A stretch of 64,000 nucleotides of DNA from Lingula anatina (lineage: Eukaryota; Animalia; Brachiopoda): contig CM120647.1 in NCBI GenBank assembly GCA_051362555.1, forward strand, positions 8,618,001-8,682,000, written 5' to 3'. Positions 1 to 10,453 of the stretch are shown here, piece by piece. The notes beneath the pieces were generated by a model that worked only from the letters and a program-made list of their open reading frames with translations, made no database searches and had not been told where the DNA came from. The translations under genes and the position numbers were made by a program. Each line of letters starts with the position of its first letter. The first letter of the stretch is position 1.

Positions 1-141
1 TGTCCCGCCTACTAAAAGCTGTAAGAGGGTAATTAACTTTTGTGCAAGCTCGGCTCCTGGAAGCTGACAGCAATTTAGCGTGAACCCCCAGGGAGTTAGA
101 TCGGACCAGATGGATCAATCAAAATCTGTGGGAACCCAGTC
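1..141. mobile_element. PIF/Harbinger-like MITE family A (partial copy)
   Basis: Near-identical to 47345-47476; ends GGGAACCCAGTC-TAA. Confidence 0.7.
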
Positions 142-250
142 TAAACTGGCCAGGACCAGATTTACAGTATGGGAATAATTAAAGAAGAATATGGCAGCCA
201 TTTTATGAAGCTCAAAGAAGAGTTTATATACCTGACTCAGCAATTGGAAA

Positions 251-597
251 TTAAAGCAATAATAACTCTTCGTTTCGGTCAAAAAATGAATTTTCCTGGA
301 GTAAACAACAATTTTCCCATACTTACCAATTGTTAATGAATCCATTTTTACATTCAAAGTTAGTCCCTGGTTTTTTTCTAAAAAGTTTGGTTTTTTGTTA
401 AAATCTCTTAAGAGATTTTAACAGAGTATAGACATCAATGGAGGTCACATGGTCTAAAGACAAGTTCAGATATCAGAATAAAAGCTATAACTGATGTTTT
501 TGTGGTAAAACAGAATATATTATATTTCTATGAGTTATTCACAAGGTTTTTATTGTGAAATATAGATCTCATATGAAGAGTTATTATCCCTTTAACA
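251..597. mobile_element. Kolobok-like MITE family B (~340 bp, TTAA target)
   Basis: TTAA-AGCAATAATAACTCTTC...GAAGAGTTATTATCCCT-TTAA; copies at 11403, 11832, 17133. Confidence 0.75.
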
Positions 598-802
598 TAA
601 ACACACCACTGTAACATTTACAAATAAAGCAACTTTTATTTTCAACAATGGTAAGCGTTATTGTAATATATTACTATTTTACAATACAATTCAAAAACTG
701 ATTTTCATGTGCACAGGAGGGGGGGGCGTTAACAGGTGCCAACCATTCAGAAAAAAGTAAAGGGGGAGATGGTTGGGTCGTCAGTGGAGGAATTCCCCTT
801 AA

Positions 803-978
803 GGCCCCATTCAGAATAGGGGACTAACTAGTCCAAGGATCAAATATGGCTGACCCATTGAATATTTCCCCACAGGATATCTATTCAGTGTCTATTAGCA
901 GATAAGATGGCAGTTTTTATTGTGGGTCACCATATTTGACCCTCGGACTAGTTAGTTCACTCTTCTGAATGGGACCTA
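803..978. mobile_element. Fold-back MITE
   Basis: CCCATTCAGAA...ACTAACTAGTCC...TCAAATATGG.TGACCCA / TGGGTCACCATATTTGA...GGACTAGTTAGT...TTCTGAATGGG. Confidence 0.65.
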
Positions 979-2520
979 AGAACTCCTACCCCCTTTGCAT
1001 TCTGTGCTTAAAATTGGTGTGGTAGGAAAAGGTTTTGCTCCCCCCCCCCAACCATGCAGCACCTATATCTATGAATTTGAACATGCTTCTGTCATACTTT
1101 TAACAAGGTATATGTTTATTTACATAAGAAATGCCCATAGGCAGGTTTTTAAAAGTAAACAAATTAAGCTACCCCTACTTTGGAGTGGAGGGGGGTGGAT
1201 ACATAGTTTTTTCTCTGTATAAATCTAATTTTTTATTGTCAGTCGGATGCCTGACATTTCAAAAGAAAATGCAATACTTATTGGGTTAAAAAATGCCCCA
1301 GTTACAGTTAAGAAGTTTCTCACCTGAGAAAAAGTCTTTTCTAGCAAAGGTGGTGATAAATGCATTATTGAAGTTACAATACTGTGGCAGGCATTTGGAA
1401 TTTTTTTTCTCCATCCAAAGTACATGGGTCATTAAAAAAAAAGAAGGAAAATAAAAAAGAAAGGAAAAGCTAGCGTTTTGAGTCAAGTCACTGATACATA
1501 AATATTGTCTTATGTTTCCATAATTCTGACTTGTGCCATAATTATTGCTTTAAACTGCTGTAGCATCTAATATGGAAAGAATTCAGCAGTAATCAGAAAG
1601 AGATGTAAAATAGGTCTGGAAATATTACACAAAAAGTCTGCATCTGACATGACTCAAATATTCACTTTCATTTTTAATGGCTCACTTGTCCTCAAATGCA
1701 TACTGTTGACTAGTGTGCATTTTTATATGGTACTGTATAAATAATGAGTACTTACCTCTTAAACAAAAATATAAAAGGAGTAACAACAACAAAGCAAAAA
1801 TACTGGAAACAATTATAACTAGAAACAATTTTCACTTTTTCTTTGCACTTTGCTGAGTCATAAAATAATAATAAATAAAAAGGCTCAACTAACTGGATGT
1901 GCAACCTTCCCGTTTACAAGGGCTAACAAGTGGGTAACTTTTCACAAAAAATAATAACAACTCGTCACTAAATAGATAAATGACGCATTCTAAAAATACA
2001 CGGACTACCTTTTCTATACAATCCTTGCAACAAAAGGGAACTATATGCTGGGAATATAATCCAACACACATTGCAGTAAGGCCAGACAAAATTGATAAGT
2101 TGGTGAATGAGTGCAACCGATTAAAATTTTCAATTTCTTTTTTGTCAGCTTTTTCAAATTTTAATTTTTGTTTTTTCTGCTCTCGCAGACACTATGGATC
2201 CGACATTTTTTCCTCCTAAAATAAAACTGGGGGGGGGGGGCATCTCACTTCTCGTTAAGCAGTGTACGTATGTTTGAAAAATATCGTCAACCGACCCTGT
2301 TTGCATAGAGTCGCCGCTTGTTCACGAACTTTAATATCAATTTTGCCTGGCTGATAGATCTGTTGGGGCTAAAACATTTGATATGGACGGAGTGTCACGA
2401 ACGAGTCGCGATAAAACGTTAGAAATCTAAACACATCGGATAAGGAATACCACACGTTCATTGTTGACAAGGGTAAACAATTAAGTGGATAACTTTTTTA
2501 CAGAAATAATAACAGTAATC

Positions 2521-2526
2521 TTTATT
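2521..2526 (-). terminator. Candidate polyadenylation signal of the IL-1-like gene
   Basis: AATAAA on the minus strand ~215 nt after the stop; a second one at 2590-2595. Confidence 0.4.
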
Positions 2527-2740
2527 AAGCACTAAAATATGTACAAGTTACATTTTACAGGCTCTCTACTCTAATCATAACAACTTAGTTTTATTACAAC
2601 TATTCAAATCTATACAAATACATACAGAATGATTTGGCCTACTGGGAAGTAGCACAGAATAAAACGACTATTACTATTGATGGGTGTACCGTATAGCGTA
2701 TATATAACAAGTGATCACTAAAATCCCCTCCCTTTAGTCC

Positions 2741-3144
2741 TCAGAGGCTGGTCTCCATCCAAAGTAAACTTCTCGCATAAGGACAGTTGTTTGCGCGCCA
2801 TTTCTTCACTTTGGCGGTAACGCTTTCTCGGGGCAGCCCCATTTCGGTCGTCTGCGCGGCAGCTGCTGATTCATTTCTGCGCCCGACTTCGTTGGAACTC
2901 TCTGTCACGTTCAAGTCGTCCGTCGCTTGGGTGCTGGAAAATGGCGCTTGACTCGCAGACGACTCGGAGGAACCGGATGATGACGACAACGAAGCAGACG
3001 ATCTCCCCGAATCTGATTTTACGTCTAGTTGACAAATATCAGTGCCGAACTGTTGGAATTCTATGTTAGGTTGATTTTCTGCGTTTTTTTCAACAAGGAG
3101 GATGTCAAACACACCGTTTGCCTTCACGCAAGCGACATACCTGC
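2741..3144 (-). CDS. IL-1-like gene exon 8 (last trefoil strands, Ser-rich tail, C-terminal ETSL)
   Basis: Acceptor TTTTAG|GC; GRYVACVKANGVFDILLVEKNAENQPNIEF...LLWMETSL-stop. Confidence 0.8.
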
Positions 3145-3316
3145 CTAAAAGTACCAAACATACAAGAATTTTAGAAAGTGGTGAAAGAGCAACGTAAAAT
3201 AACGAAACAGTATACTGAACAAAACGAGACCCCAAACCAGGCAATTTCCTTTCCTGTGCCTTACATATTACTGAAAATTGTCCTCATCTACTGTTCATAT
3301 TTCCCTATCATCATCA

Positions 3317-3368
<52 letters not shown>

Positions 3369-3501
3369 CCTGGGTATTTCAAGGACTCAAATGTACGAAT
3401 GCGATCACGAACCCTCCTGGTCAGAAACAGCCATGGTTTTGCTTCACGAAGATCCAGGTTCTCCAGGTCGCACTTGGATTTGTCCTCCTACAATAAAGTA
3501 T

Positions 3502-3540
<39 letters not shown>

Positions 3541-4107
3541 TTTGTTTGTTTGTTTGTTTATTTTTTTTTTTTTTTGTTTGAAAATCAAATATGACTTTTG
3601 GTGACATGTGACCAAAAATGTACATGGCTAGGTGACAATGGAATTAAGACGGTACAGCAGTGACAGAGCGAAATGACCTTCTGCTGAGCTGGCCACTTTT
3701 ACATTTCTCTTTTACTTCTTTTCGTTTTGTTTGCTTCATCTTTTTAAATTGACTTACGTTTTTCTTGGTTTCTTAATTCTTTTTTTTTTTTTTAATTATT
3801 TTATCGAAGCCATGATGAACGCTTCTCATCTTCCCAAAACTTCTGTTTGGGATTTAAACTTACAAAATCCTTAAAACCGACGGTCTGTTCATTTTCGTCC
3901 ACCGTGACTATTTGGTCTTTTTGAAACATATAGCAAAGGGACACGGTCCTTTCTTTGGTAATTCCGGAGTACTGGTGGACGTCGAAGTCGTCTGAAAGAA
4001 TTAAATGTTATATTTAATATCATCATAAAAGTAATGGGAGTTTATCAAGAGCAATCTTTATTCAAATGCATGGGCATTGTTAATTCATCAACAAACTTGG
4101 ACTGTCC

Positions 4108-4154
<47 letters not shown>

Positions 4155-7039
4155 GTAAGAAGTGTGAGAGAGAGAGAATCACTCACACGACTCATCTCCG
4201 CATTTTAACGGACTGACACGAATATCTTCCTCGAATTTCTCCATGTAGTCGTCAGTTGAAGTACACTGGAATTTGGCCTTTCTCTTCCCCTGTTGACGGA
4301 TATCGTCGATACATATACCGTCAGGAGTCCAGATGCTCCCATGTACTATACTGATCTTTACCTTGGGGAGCAACGTGCTCCTCGGCGTCTTACTACGTCT
4401 TTCTTGCTCGTTTTCACCTGAAGATTAAAGGCACAATAAATAAATAAATAAATAAATAAATAAATGTAAAACCCTAGATTCCCCTGGACAATTAGAATCA
4501 AGCAAATGCTACACAATGTGCGTGTTAAATCTAAAAATAACCGCTCTTACAAAATAAATATACGAAATAAATAAACTCTTTCAAATTGAATAAAAATAAT
4601 GATTTATTAAAGTGTATAAAAAAACAAATTGGACAACGAACAAATCATCAAACCGCTCGACTGCAACTTGTTTTTAGGGACCATTCCCATAACCCTATCG
4701 TACTAGCAGGATCGCTCTATCTCCGAGGGGATTCTAGCTAAATTGCATTTAGTGTTAACGTGCGCGGCAGTTGATAAACCCCATAGCAGCTTTAGTGGAC
4801 ATGACAGACATTTCAGCAGCTTTAACTGAATGCAGTTTAGCGAGAATCCCCTCGGAGTTAGATCGATCCTTCCAGTAGGATGGGTTTATGAGAACCCAGT
4901 CTTATTCATCAACAATGCATGCTTACGCGCAGTTCCAGATTCTGTCATTTCCACTGTGATTTTTCTGTATCTCTGCCCTTTTCTGTAGTTAAGCATACGG
5001 CGGGTGTACTGAAAGTTTGAACAAAAAACAACAATTGATCTTTGAGCATCTCTGGTTGGTATATCCAAGGGCTCATTCCCATTGAAAATTTCGGTCTATG
5101 TAGATCGGCCCAACTCCGCGGGGACTCTCTCTGAGTGCAATTCTACTAGACTCATAGTTTCAATGGGAATGAACTCTTATGAGTGAACTGTGTACCTATC
5201 TGCTACAAAAATAGCTGATATTTCTGAAAGAAAATCTGCACCTTATCTTTTTTAAAAAGGGGTAAAGGACTACTTGCCAGTATAACTTGTTCTTTTTTCA
5301 TCAGGTCCCGCAAGCGGGCGATGACTTCTTCATGAGTCATAGTCGATGTGAAGTCGTTATCAATTGCCAAAATTTGATCGTATTTTCTGAAATAAAAACA
5401 CAACAAATTAAACAAACTATGGGTGAAACTATGGGGGGGGGGGGGGGACTAGAAGTTAAATGGTTTGAGAAAAATGGAACTTAAATGGTGAAGAACACGA
5501 AATGAAAAAGGTAGCCTACTTTCTAATTATTGCGTTTACTTTTATTTTCGAGAAAACATATCCCTTTGAGCGCGTGTTATCACATACTACAGTTCAAATA
5601 GTTCAGAGCAAGATTGCAGAACACACAGAAAGTGTTTAACATTATCTCTTTCGTCTCTTAATAAACCTTGCTTGATAAAAAAGACCTACTTCAATTTCAG
5701 TTTCTTTGCCAAGGTGCCCTTCGTTCCCAAGGAGCGCCGTACGAAATGATTCCAGATGGCCTCACCCGCCTTTCTGTAGCTCTTGATGAGGAGAGCGCCG
5801 TGATTAGTGTCCGCGGCGTCCACCAGGTGGACTCTAGCTTCTTGGTGAAAGTCCAACTGGAAAGATAATTTATGGGAACTTACGTACATTGTTTTAACAG
5901 AGCAAGTCTGTGCGTGGCTGATGTAAATGAGATATACGCGCAATAATTACTACAAAATTCTGAGGTGAGGGGATGGAAGGGGGGGGCGAAAACAAAATGG
6001 CCCCATTATATTACCACGTACCATTTTTAAAAGCACCTGTTACACAGTGGCAGTGACCCTCTTGCGAAGAGTTTTAAGAGTTCCATGAAAACTCATCCTA
6101 TACTATATGTATATACTCATGTGCACCCTCTATAATAGGCACAATTGACATAGAACCAAATGACCGTCTATGTAGGGCCTATGTATCTAAGGACATTTCT
6201 GTGAATATCTTGTGAAAAATCAATCTGTGGCCCTGGTAGAGGGTGGCTTTATGTGTACCGTGTCCAGTAGCAGCAGGGCTACTATGTAGTACTTAGTAGG
6301 AAGTTCGGGGCCATCCATTTTTATCAACGTCATTTTTTTTATCAACAAGTCTACAAAGAGAAGCGTTTTCTCGCACCCTCTCCCCCATTCAGAAATGCAT
6401 TTACCCCCCCCCCCCCCCCACCACCTCCCAGCGCACGGGTTGTAGACTTGTGACAATGGTGATAAAAATGGATGACCCCTTACAAGCACCCGCCACCAGG
6501 GTCGCAGTTATTATTATGCGAACATTTTCGCTGAGGCAGTACAGAGAATAACCGTGAATTTATACGTGAATATCTAATGAAAAATCAACCTGTGAGGGTC
6601 GACTGTGATCCTTACAGTGAACGGCAGAGGCTTGCTGATAATAGATAGATATAAGAGTTTTTAGAGACCTCTGATACTCAGGGGAACTTGACAAGGCCAA
6701 TCCCCTTTTTCTTCCGATCAATTTTCCCCTCTTTACCTTATCACCACCAGCTGGCTGTCTCCCCCTCCCTCCGCAACATAAACCTCCAAACAATCTCGCC
6801 AAACAAGAGGCAGGGAGCGCTGCGTCCGTCTCCTCCACGTGCGCATTCCGGCTGGCAAGCCCTAACTCACGGCGCGTCGGTTCGGACAGCGCTCGCTCCA
6901 ACTGTGGCGGTTGAGGCTGACGCCGCAGATGTCGCTTGATTTGCCGGTTGTTTGTGCCTCGCGCCTGACCCTGTCGTTGACTAAGTGGGGCTACTCCTCT
7001 CCCTGGACGATTTTGATTGCGAGACGCAGATTGGGACAT
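2741..7039 (-). CDS. PDZ + IL-1 beta-trefoil protein (IL-1anc/nIL-1Fm-like cytokine candidate), 8 coding exons, ~513 aa; complement(join(2741-3144,3370-3487,3864-3991,4187-4417,4927-5008,5278-5386,5690-5856,6737-7039))
   Basis: Exons join in one open frame (1542 nt) with consistent intron phases 0,2,0,1,1,0,1; splice sites are GT-AG except one GC-AG. PDZ motif KLKKYDQILAIDNDFTSTMTHEEVIARLR...VILYTRR; IL-1 motif KPWLF...RTFESLKYPGRYVAC...NIEF; no signal peptide. Confidence 0.8.
3307..3364. repeat. (ATC)n(ATT)n microsatellite in the last intron of the IL-1-like gene
   Basis: Direct reading. Confidence 0.9.
3370..3487 (-). CDS. IL-1-like gene exon 7 (beta-trefoil, FES motif)
   Basis: Acceptor TTGTAG|GAG, donor CAG|GTATAT; EDKSKCDLENLDLREAKPWLFLTRRVRDRIRTFESLKYP. 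Confidence 0.8.
3864..3991 (-). CDS. IL-1-like gene exon 6 (beta-trefoil)
   Basis: Acceptor TTTCAG|AC, donor TTT|GTAAGT; YDFDVHQYSGITKERTVSLCYMFQKDQIVTVDENEQTVGFKDF; 128 nt, phase 1-0. Confidence 0.75.
4187..4417 (-). CDS. IL-1-like gene exon 5 (linker and first trefoil strands)
   Basis: Acceptor CTTCAG|GT, donor T|GTGAGT; 231 nt, phase 1-1, open. Confidence 0.75.
4677..4901. mobile_element. MITE family A (fold-back subtype)
   Basis: TTA-GGGACCATTCCC...GAGAACCCAGTC-TTA; internally palindromic; similar to 9794-10030 and 43994-44205. Confidence 0.7.
4927..5008 (-). CDS. IL-1-like gene exon 4 (end of PDZ and linker)
   Basis: Acceptor CTTTCAG|TAC, donor C|GTAAGC; YTRRMLNYRKGQRYRKITVEMTESGTA. 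Confidence 0.7.
5069..5176. mobile_element. Short MITE family A derivative
   Basis: TIR GCTCATTCCCATTGAAA / TTTCAATGGGAATGAAC. Confidence 0.55.
5278..5386 (-). CDS. IL-1-like gene exon 3 (C-terminal half of PDZ), followed by a GC-AG intron
   Basis: KYDQILAIDNDFTSTMTHEEVIARLRDLMKKEQVIL; donor CTG|GCAAGT gives the phase 0 needed by exon 4. Confidence 0.75.
5690..5856 (-). CDS. IL-1-like gene exon 2 (N-terminal half of PDZ)
   Basis: Acceptor TTTCCAG|TTG, donor AA|GTAGGT; LDFHQEARVHLV...GTKGTLAKKLKL. Confidence 0.75.
6737..7039 (-). CDS. IL-1-like gene exon 1A (MSQSASRNQN...SCLARLFGGLCCGGRGRQPAGGDK)
   Basis: ATG at 7039 with A-rich context; phase-0 donor AAG|GTAAAG; paralogous to exon 1B. Confidence 0.75.
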
Positions 7040-7964
7040 TTTATTTTATCCCCGATGCCCTTTTCCTTTAGAAAAATACACTGCCTTCGGTGGTACAAAC
7101 GTACTAAGAAATAATAACAAAAGAAACTCTATCCAAAATGAAACCACGGGAAAATAGTCACGCACACCGCGTACAAGCTGGCACGACTGGTATGTTACCC
7201 CACCAGGTTTACAATGAGAGCAGCGTGGCAATGTCGACTGTCTTAAATGAACCCTTGGAAATTCAGGAAGAGATGCGATTGAACTTCCTTATTAACCATG
7301 CAGTTTCACAGTGCACACACACACAGTCTTATCAGTTTATGAAGAAAGCGTCGATGGACTCTCCTATATCGGTTCTATTGTCAATGAAAAGGTGTGAGTC
7401 ACCGACGTCCCATTTACTATATAACCATCAAAGGTGAGCGTGGCGCACATTAATATGCTGGGTAGGCTATGTCATTCTGGTTTTCCCAGTCACATGAGTC
7501 CTAGGTATTTCCAGCTTCGAGTACACCGCACCTTTTTTTTTTTTTTTTTTTCAAAATTAAATGTCACTACTGTGCTCGTGCACGCTTGTTAATCCAGAAA
7601 ACATAAACAAGAGTGCTGCAGACAAACAACTCAAGCTAGAGTCCAAGGTCACAAGGACGAATAAAATCTGGAATTTTTCAGATTTAAACAATGTTGACGT
7701 GGAAGAAAACTACTTTTACCAACTGAGGAGTGATTTGACTAGGACCCGAAGGACGTTACCGAACCAGGTTTATAATCGCTGAATACTGTTGGCAGGGATG
7801 TCCTCCCTCCCCCCTCCCCCTCCCACGAAGTGGCGAAGTAAACTTCCTTGTTAGCCAACGTCGCTTGGTGAGCGGGGGTGTCACTTCTTCCGCTCGCTAC
7901 TGCCCTTGGTCAAGCCATGGAAATTACATAGATACACTTCCTTGGTCAAGCTTATCTTAGGAAA

Positions 7965-8672
7965 TATTCCCATAGACCTCATTTCCAATGACACAATCGG
8001 TCTACGTGGATCGACCCAACTCCATCTGCAGGGACTCTCGATGACTGCAATCAGCTTACCTGAGTAACACCCCTCCTCTTGTTTCCAACGCACCTGCATC
8101 ACCAGCTTTTCTGCATTTTACTTAACGTCGGAAGGAGGCGTGTCATTCAGTTAAGCTGGGTCGGAATTGGATCGATCCACGTAGACCGATGGTGTCTATG
8201 GGTGCATTCCCATAGATTTTAGATCGATCCATCCCCGTGGAGAGTCTCACTAGATTATTGTCAGATAATCCGGCTTAAATGTCCGTTCCGCCTACTTCAA
8301 GCTGTATGGAGGTAATTAACTTTCGTACCCGCTCGGCTTACAGCCATTTAGCGTGCACCGTCAAGGAGTTAGGTCGATCTAGTTGGATCGATCTAAACTC
8401 TGGGAATGGGTCTGTGGGAACGGGGTCATACATATAAACACCGGACTACGTGGGGTGGTCTTCGGGGGGTGCAATCAGCTTAACTGGATGACGCGCCTCC
8501 TTGAGTAGCTATAGAGAGTAATTAACAACAATTAACACGAAAGATAATTAACCCTAGCTGCTAAAGGAGGCGTGTCAGACAATTAAGCTAATTCCACTGA
8601 TTGCACTTAGCGAGAATCCCCGCAGAGTTGGGTTGATATATGTAATCCGATGGTGATGTGGGAATGGGGTCT
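7965..8672. mobile_element. Cluster of adjacent family A MITE copies
   Basis: Three related units (~7965-8200, ~8200-8427, ~8441-8672) with GATCGATC, CCCG.GG.GAGTCTC and GGGAATGGGGTC ends. Confidence 0.6.
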
Positions 8673-8919
8673 TAGAATCTTTATTTTGACAGCTTAGGAA
8701 GCGACACGCCTCCCTTGTATTTTCGTTAATATGCTTCAACCGTTCTAAAATTCTGAAACTGGGAATTTTTTCCAATATGGGGAAAACACTTGTAATTAGA
8801 TATCTCGTGACATGTAAGCACTGAATTTCCCAGGCGCTCTGGCTCGATTGCCAATTATAGCAAACGACAACACCCTGTTTATTATTGTAATCGACCTCCC
8901 AAAGCACGTGCGTGGTTCT

Positions 8920-8943
8920 ATTTATAGCACAGCGGAATTCCCC
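8920..8943 (-). promoter_or_regulatory. NF-kB site (GGGGAATTCC) immediately upstream of a TATA box (TATAAATA)
   Basis: Minus strand reads GGGGAATTCCGCTGTGCTATAAATAG; matches GGGRNNYYCC. Confidence 0.45.
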
Positions 8944-9025
8944 TTTACACCTGCATAAAAGGTACGTACCTGATTCATCTCTCACGCGACAAAGTTTCCA
9001 AATAATTTTTTCACACGCTCTCTAA

Positions 9026-9230
9026 GCTCCCATTTCCATTGACTAGATCGATCTACTTTAGATCGACCTAACTCCCTGGGGGTTCACGCTAAATAGCTGT
9101 CAGCCGAGCGTTAATTACCCCCTTACAGCTTGTAGTAGGTGGGACGGACATTTAAGCCGGATTATCTGACAGTAATCTAGTGAGACTCCCCGCGGGGATA
9201 GATCGATCTAAAAGCTCTGGGAATACAGCC
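9026..9230. mobile_element. MITE family A
   Basis: Near-identical to 12600-12814; reverse complement of 54049-54264. Confidence 0.75.
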
Positions 9231-9551
9231 TTAAGTGTCAATCCTCACATAGCACTCAGGATACTTCCGTCACACCACTCCAACCCTTTTCTTTCTTTGT
9301 TGAGCATACACTTTTTAGATATCGCGTATCCTCTTTTGCTCTTCGAGTTTTTTTTTAATTGCACTCACAGACCTTATCTAGATTGAACAATACAAGCTCG
9401 TGACGCGTCCCGTAAGTTAAAGACATGCGTGTACCCAGGTTTCAGTGAAATACGCATGAACAGATCCTATAAAACGCACCTGTAAAACGCTTTAATGATG
9501 AATAAAGTTATATTAGTGTAATTAATAAAGACGTGGACTTCCATGACGAAA

Positions 9552-9561
9552 GGGAATTTCC
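9552..9561 (+). promoter_or_regulatory. NF-kB site GGGAATTTCC
   Basis: Perfect consensus; a related GGGAATTCT lies ~35 nt downstream. Confidence 0.5.
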
Positions 9562-9669
9562 AACCAAGACTATATCGAGAAACACGGGAATTCTTATGGA
9601 AACACCAGGTGACTTTTTTGTTACTTATGACACAGCCAATTAGGTTGAAAAGCTAACACCTGTATACCA

Positions 9670-9716
<47 letters not shown>

Positions 9717-9793
9717 TAATAAGAATACGAGAAAAACTGGACAAACGAAGCAATTTTCCACCCCTGTGCCCTATAAATAATAAAATCGTCTTT

Positions 9794-10030
9794 GGGACTG
9801 TTCCCAGACCCTACCGCACTAACTGCGGATCGATCTATCTCCGAGGGGATTCTCGCTTAATTGCAATCATCTTAAGCGGCTTAGATGTCAGTCACGCCTG
9901 CTGAAGCTGCTAGGGGGGAATTAATTATCGTGTAGCACGTAAGCCGCTTAAACTGAATGCAATATAGCCAGAAATCCCTCGGAGATGGATCGATCCTGTT
10001 AGATCGTTCAAGGTATGGGAACCCAGTCCT
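9794..10030. mobile_element. MITE family A (fold-back subtype)
   Basis: GGGACTGTTCCCAGACC...GGTATGGGAACCCAGTCC. Confidence 0.7.
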
Positions 10031-10162
10031 AGTCTCTTAATTGTTTTCCATCTGTCGACCAATGGGAGACATTTTTCCTACCCCCGCCCTTTAAAAAAAA
10101 AACAAATTCCTGGATCTGCTAGAAGATATAAAGGTGACAAAAAAAAAACCTTTAGGTCTCAC

Positions 10163-10453
10163 CTGATAATTACGCTTGAAACCCCAAATTTTGCGCGAAG
10201 TGAAGAAATCATAAACCCAATCAAGACAACTTGGAGACGTAACGAAATCCACCTCATCATCCTGCTGACAAAATCCCAACTCTATTCCCGTTCTTCTGGA
10301 AACCACGCGTTCCAGTTGCGGTTGTTTTTGTCTTCTAAGGTGTCGATGGACTTGGAGTTCTCTTTTTGAGCGATGCAGTCTCGTGGATCCCGTGGGTGGG
10401 CGGTTTTCTTGCTGTTGCCCGACAGTTATTTCTGAAATCTTACTCATGTTCAT
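10163..10453 (-). CDS. IL-1-like gene alternative first exon 1B (MNMSKISE...RHLRRQKQPQLER...GFKRNYQ)
   Basis: Shares RHLRRQ.Q(P)PQLER..S..T..ELG and SCL with exon 1A; 97 codons ending in phase-0 donor CAG|GTGAGA, compatible with exon 2. Confidence 0.7.

Noticed and set aside
1756-2216. Possible minus-strand exon or gene (acceptor near 2216, donor GAG|GTAAGT near 1755, 75-aa ORF)
   Set aside because: No recognisable protein; the first ATG stops after 4 codons; may be a UTR exon of a gene outside the window but cannot be supported
2500-2740. AU-rich instability elements expected in a cytokine 3' UTR
   Set aside because: No ATTTA pentamers seen on the minus strand before the first AATAAA signals
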